Positions 16,241-18,739 of a stretch of 18,739 bases of DNA are shown here, piece after piece (the first letter of the stretch is position 1; the number at the start of each line of letters is the position of its first letter). The position numbers and the translations under genes are program-made. This DNA is from Planctomycetota bacterium (GTDB lineage: Bacteria > Planctomycetota > UBA1135): the NCBI GenBank assembly GCA_045047305.1, contig JASFYO010000047.1, positions 1 through 18,739 of the forward strand. Reading direction: 5' to 3'. The notes beneath the pieces are model-generated. The model made no database searches, had not been told where the DNA came from, and was given only the letters and a program-made list of their open reading frames with translations.

Positions 16241-17479
16241 ATGCGCCTCGCCACTTTTCTTTCTCTCCTGCTAAGCACTGCCACACTCAGTGCTCAAACC
16301 ACGGTTCTATCCGAAGACTTTGCGGGAGCGGTTCCGCCTGCTGGTTGGATCAATGTGAACAACAACGGCAACCCCACGATTGGATGGCAAGCTGGCACCA
16401 ACCCATTTAACGGGATGGCATGGCACGATGATGAGAGCATCGCCGATTCAGACAATGTCATGGTCAGCCCAATCATGGATTTCACTGGTTTGTCCAACGT
16501 CTATCTCCACTTTGAAAGTGAAACTCAATACACCCAATGGATGGCGAATCATCCCAGCAGTATTGGCGATGGCGTCTCCACCATGGAGATTACTACGAAT
16601 GGTGGCCTAACCTGGACCGTGGTTTGGACCGACACGGCTCAAGTTGATTATGTGCGCATCGGCCCTACCGTGGACCTATCCGCTTGGGCTGGACAATCGA
16701 ATGTGCAACTAGGCATTCACCTTTACGGAACCTACGACCAATCTTGGTGGGTGGATAACGTCATCATCGATGACCAACCCGTTCCTGTTCTTACCACCAT
16801 CACCAATCCAAACAACGGACACCCTTACTTTCTGCTTGGACAATCCGACTTTGGCACCGCGCAAGCCATGGCCAACGAACTTGGTGGTTCTTTAGTTTCG
16901 ATTGACAGCGCCGCAGAGAATTCATGGCTACTGTCCAACTTTGGCAACTTTGGCGGCAGCCCGCGTAACCTCCTGCTGGGCCTAAACGACGTCGCTTTGG
17001 AAGGTTCCTTTGAATGGGTCTCGGGAGAAGCCTTGACCTACACCAACTGGACTGCCGGGGAGCCGAATAATGGCGGCACCGGGGAAGACTTTGTGCAAAT
17101 GGTAAGTGGTGGACGCTGGAATGATTACGACGGCAGCGGCGCACATGGAGTGGTAGAGATTTCCCAGGCACGCATCCGCACCACCCCATTGATTGCCGGG
17201 CAGCTTGCCACCATCACGGTGAACGGTCTCCGCGTAGGCTCTAGCGTCATCATGGTCTTCTCAACCAACGGTGCAGGCCCGACCGCCACCCCTTATGGTG
17301 TCATTGCCGTCGACCCAGACATGATCACCCCAACTTTCCCTGCGATCAGTGGTCAATTCAACTTTTCGACGTATGTTCCAAGTGCTCTATCTGGCTCCAC
17401 GCTCTACGGCCAAGCCATTCAGTTCAACGCTGACAACACCACGGACCTCTCTGATGCCTTCTCAGCACCGATTCAGTAG
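16241..17479 (+). CDS. Secreted protein: adhesin-like (choice-of-anchor J/MAM-like) beta-sandwich + bacterial C-type lectin domain + conserved C-terminal domain
   Basis: Signal peptide MRLATFLSLLLSTATLSA|Q. N-domain: SEDF...PPAGW...VSP.MD...TNGGLTW...WWVDNV. CTLD: NGHPY...GGSLVSI...EN..L...GLND...EG.FEW.SGE...YTNW..GEPNN...WND. Confidence 0.85.
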   Translation: MRLATFLSLLLSTATLSAQTTVLSEDFAGAVPPAGWINVNNNGNPTIGWQAGTNPFNGMAWHDDESIADSDNVMVSPIMDFTGLSNVYLHFESETQYTQWMANHPSSIGDGVSTMEITTNGGLTWTVVWTDTAQVDYVRIGPTVDLSAWAGQSNVQLGIHLYGTYDQSWWVDNVIIDDQPVPVLTTITNPNNGHPYFLLGQSDFGTAQAMANELGGSLVSIDSAAENSWLLSNFGNFGGSPRNLLLGLNDVALEGSFEWVSGEALTYTNWTAGEPNNGGTGEDFVQMVSGGRWNDYDGSGAHGVVEISQARIRTTPLIAGQLATITVNGLRVGSSVIMVFSTNGAGPTATPYGVIAVDPDMITPTFPAISGQFNFSTYVPSALSGSTLYGQAIQFNADNTTDLSDAFSAPIQ

Positions 17480-17492
17480 TTGTTTGACCCAA

Positions 17493-17526
17493 TAAAACCG
17501 CGAAATCCCGTTTCACCGCGGTTTTA
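17493..17526 (+). terminator. Probable intrinsic (possibly bidirectional) terminator between the lectin paralogs
   Basis: TAAAACCGCG (17493-17502) / CGCGGTTTTA (17517-17526) with a 14-nt loop. Confidence 0.6.
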
Positions 17527-17597
17527 AGCGCTAATATTGGAATGCCCTTTGATTTCTGTCCCCCCAGAAGTCTGGATTCTCCCAATTGACAAAATCC

Positions 17598-18739
17598 ATG
17601 CACTTCCTAACTCTCTCAATACTTCTACTCGTAACGGCACCGGCTGCGGCTGCCCAAACCACTTTCCTTGCTGAGAATTTCAACTCCGGTGCGGTGCCCC
17701 CACCAGGTTGGACCACGGTCAATAACAACGGCAATACAGCCTCTGCGGGTTGGATATCTTCCGGTAATCGAGCTTGGCACGAAGACGAAGGTGGTGGCGT
17801 TGGCCAAACAGACAACACGCTAGTTTCACCGATAATCGATTTGAGTAGTGCCACCGCTGCATTCCTTCACTTTGATGGTGAAACAAACTGGGCAACCTAT
17901 CTCGCAAACCATCCCACCTCAAATGGAAATGGTATTTCCAACATGGAAATAAGCACCAATGGTGGTCTCACTTGGACTGTACTGTGGACGGATACCTCTC
18001 TGAACAGTGGCGACACCTACTCTCCAACGCTTAACTTATCCGCATATTTGGGCAGCTCCAACGTTCAGATTGGACTGCATTTCAGTGGTGACTTCGCTCA
18101 GGAATGGTGGGTGGATAATGTGATTGTGGACGACCAGCCAGTTCCCGTACTCGCTAGTATCACCAATCCAAACAATGGACATCCTTACTTCCTTCTCGGG
18201 CAATCCGATTTCTCAACAGCCAATGCCATGGCGATTGCGCTCGGCGGCAACTTAGTTTCCATCGACAGTGGTGCCGAGAATTCTTGGTTGCTCTCCAACT
18301 TCGGCAACTTTGGCGGCACCCAGCGCAACCTTTTACTGGGCTTGAATGACACCGCACTAGAGGGCACCTTCGTTTGGTCTTCCGGCGAAGCTCTCACTTA
18401 CACCAACTGGGCGGCGGGAGAACCGAACAATGGCGGCGGTGGCAATGAGGATTTCGTTCAGATTGTAAGCGGTGGCCAGTGGAACGATTTTGATGGCAGT
18501 GGCGGATATGGCGTGGTGGAGATTTCTCAGCCCACGATTCGTTCCACGCCGATGGTTGCAGGGGAGCTCGCAACGATTACGGTCAGCGGCATGCGCGTTG
18601 ACTCCTTTGTGCAGCTAGTCTTCTCCACCAATGGCAACGGCCCTTACAACGGCCGCTACGGCGTGATGGAGGTTGACCCCGACATAATCACGCCTCCCTT
18701 CCCAGCGATTGCTGGAGGCTTCAACTTCTCGACCTACAT
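17598..18739 (+). CDS. Tandem paralog of 16241..17479 (secreted C-type lectin protein); runs off the window end
   Basis: Not in the ORF track. Manual translation from ATG 17598: [38 protein letters not shown]...[16 protein letters not shown]...[15 protein letters not shown]...WNDFDG...AGELATITV...GGFNFSTY. The frame is open to the end and collinear with the upstream gene. Confidence 0.9.
   Translation, partial: MHFLTLSILLLVTAPAAAAQTTFLAENFNSGAVPPPGWTTVNNNGNTASAGWISSGNRAWHEDEGGGVGQTDNTLVSPIIDLSSATAAFLHFDGETNWATYLANHPTSNGNGISNMEISTNGGLTWTVLWTDTSLNSGDTYSPTLNLSAYLGSSNVQIGLHFSGDFAQEWWVDNVIVDDQPVPVLASITNPNNGHPYFLLGQSDFSTANAMAIALGGNLVSIDSGAENSWLLSNFGNFGGTQRNLLLGLNDTALEGTFVWSSGEALTYTNWAAGEPNNGGGGNEDFVQIVSGGQWNDFDGSGGYGVVEISQPTIRSTPMVAGELATITVSGMRVDSFVQLVFSTNGNGPYNGRYGVMEVDPDIITPPFPAIAGGFNFSTY

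Noticed and set aside
17586..17591. Perfect TTGACA upstream of the second lectin gene
   Set aside because: It is only 6 nt before the ATG, so it cannot be the -35 element for this gene.
936..18397. Numerous other track ORFs overlapping the called genes (e.g. 971..1450, 4165..4629, 6264..6878, 11240..11677, 14123..14527, 16800..17189)
   Set aside because: They are antisense or off-frame to well-supported genes and show no recognisable motifs; such ORFs are expected in GC-rich coding DNA.
16800..18525. Diversity-generating retroelement acting on the C-type lectin repeats
   Set aside because: There is no reverse transcriptase in the window. Both copies are intact genes, and their differences are largely synonymous and not adenine-specific.

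Overview
Bacterial chromosomal window, most likely from a Planctomycetota (PVC) organism; this is inferred from the PVC-type L28, a Lys-rich histone-like protein and an ECF sigma/Ser-Thr kinase pair. From left to right: (1) a truncated histone H1/Hc2-like gene and rpmB on the minus strand; (2) a divergent sigma70 promoter, a singlet glycine riboswitch with attenuator, and the gcvT-gcvH-gcvPA-gcvPB operon followed by a lipoyl/octanoyl transferase; (3) a minus-strand ArsR-SRPBCC-small membrane protein-alpha/beta hydrolase operon with a palindromic operator; (4) a lower-GC block holding an ECF sigma factor and a membrane Ser/Thr kinase, divergent from a lipoprotein and a secreted LamG protein; (5) thyA-folA; (6) a GNAT/PLP class V aminotransferase fusion; (7) two tandem paralogous secreted C-type-lectin proteins, the second cut by the window end. 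The main novel signal is a shared ~105-aa C-terminal domain on three secreted proteins with unrelated passenger domains, all predicted to be cleaved before Gln. It is a candidate undescribed protein-sorting or anchoring domain. All calls come from reading the sequence by eye; no database search was run.
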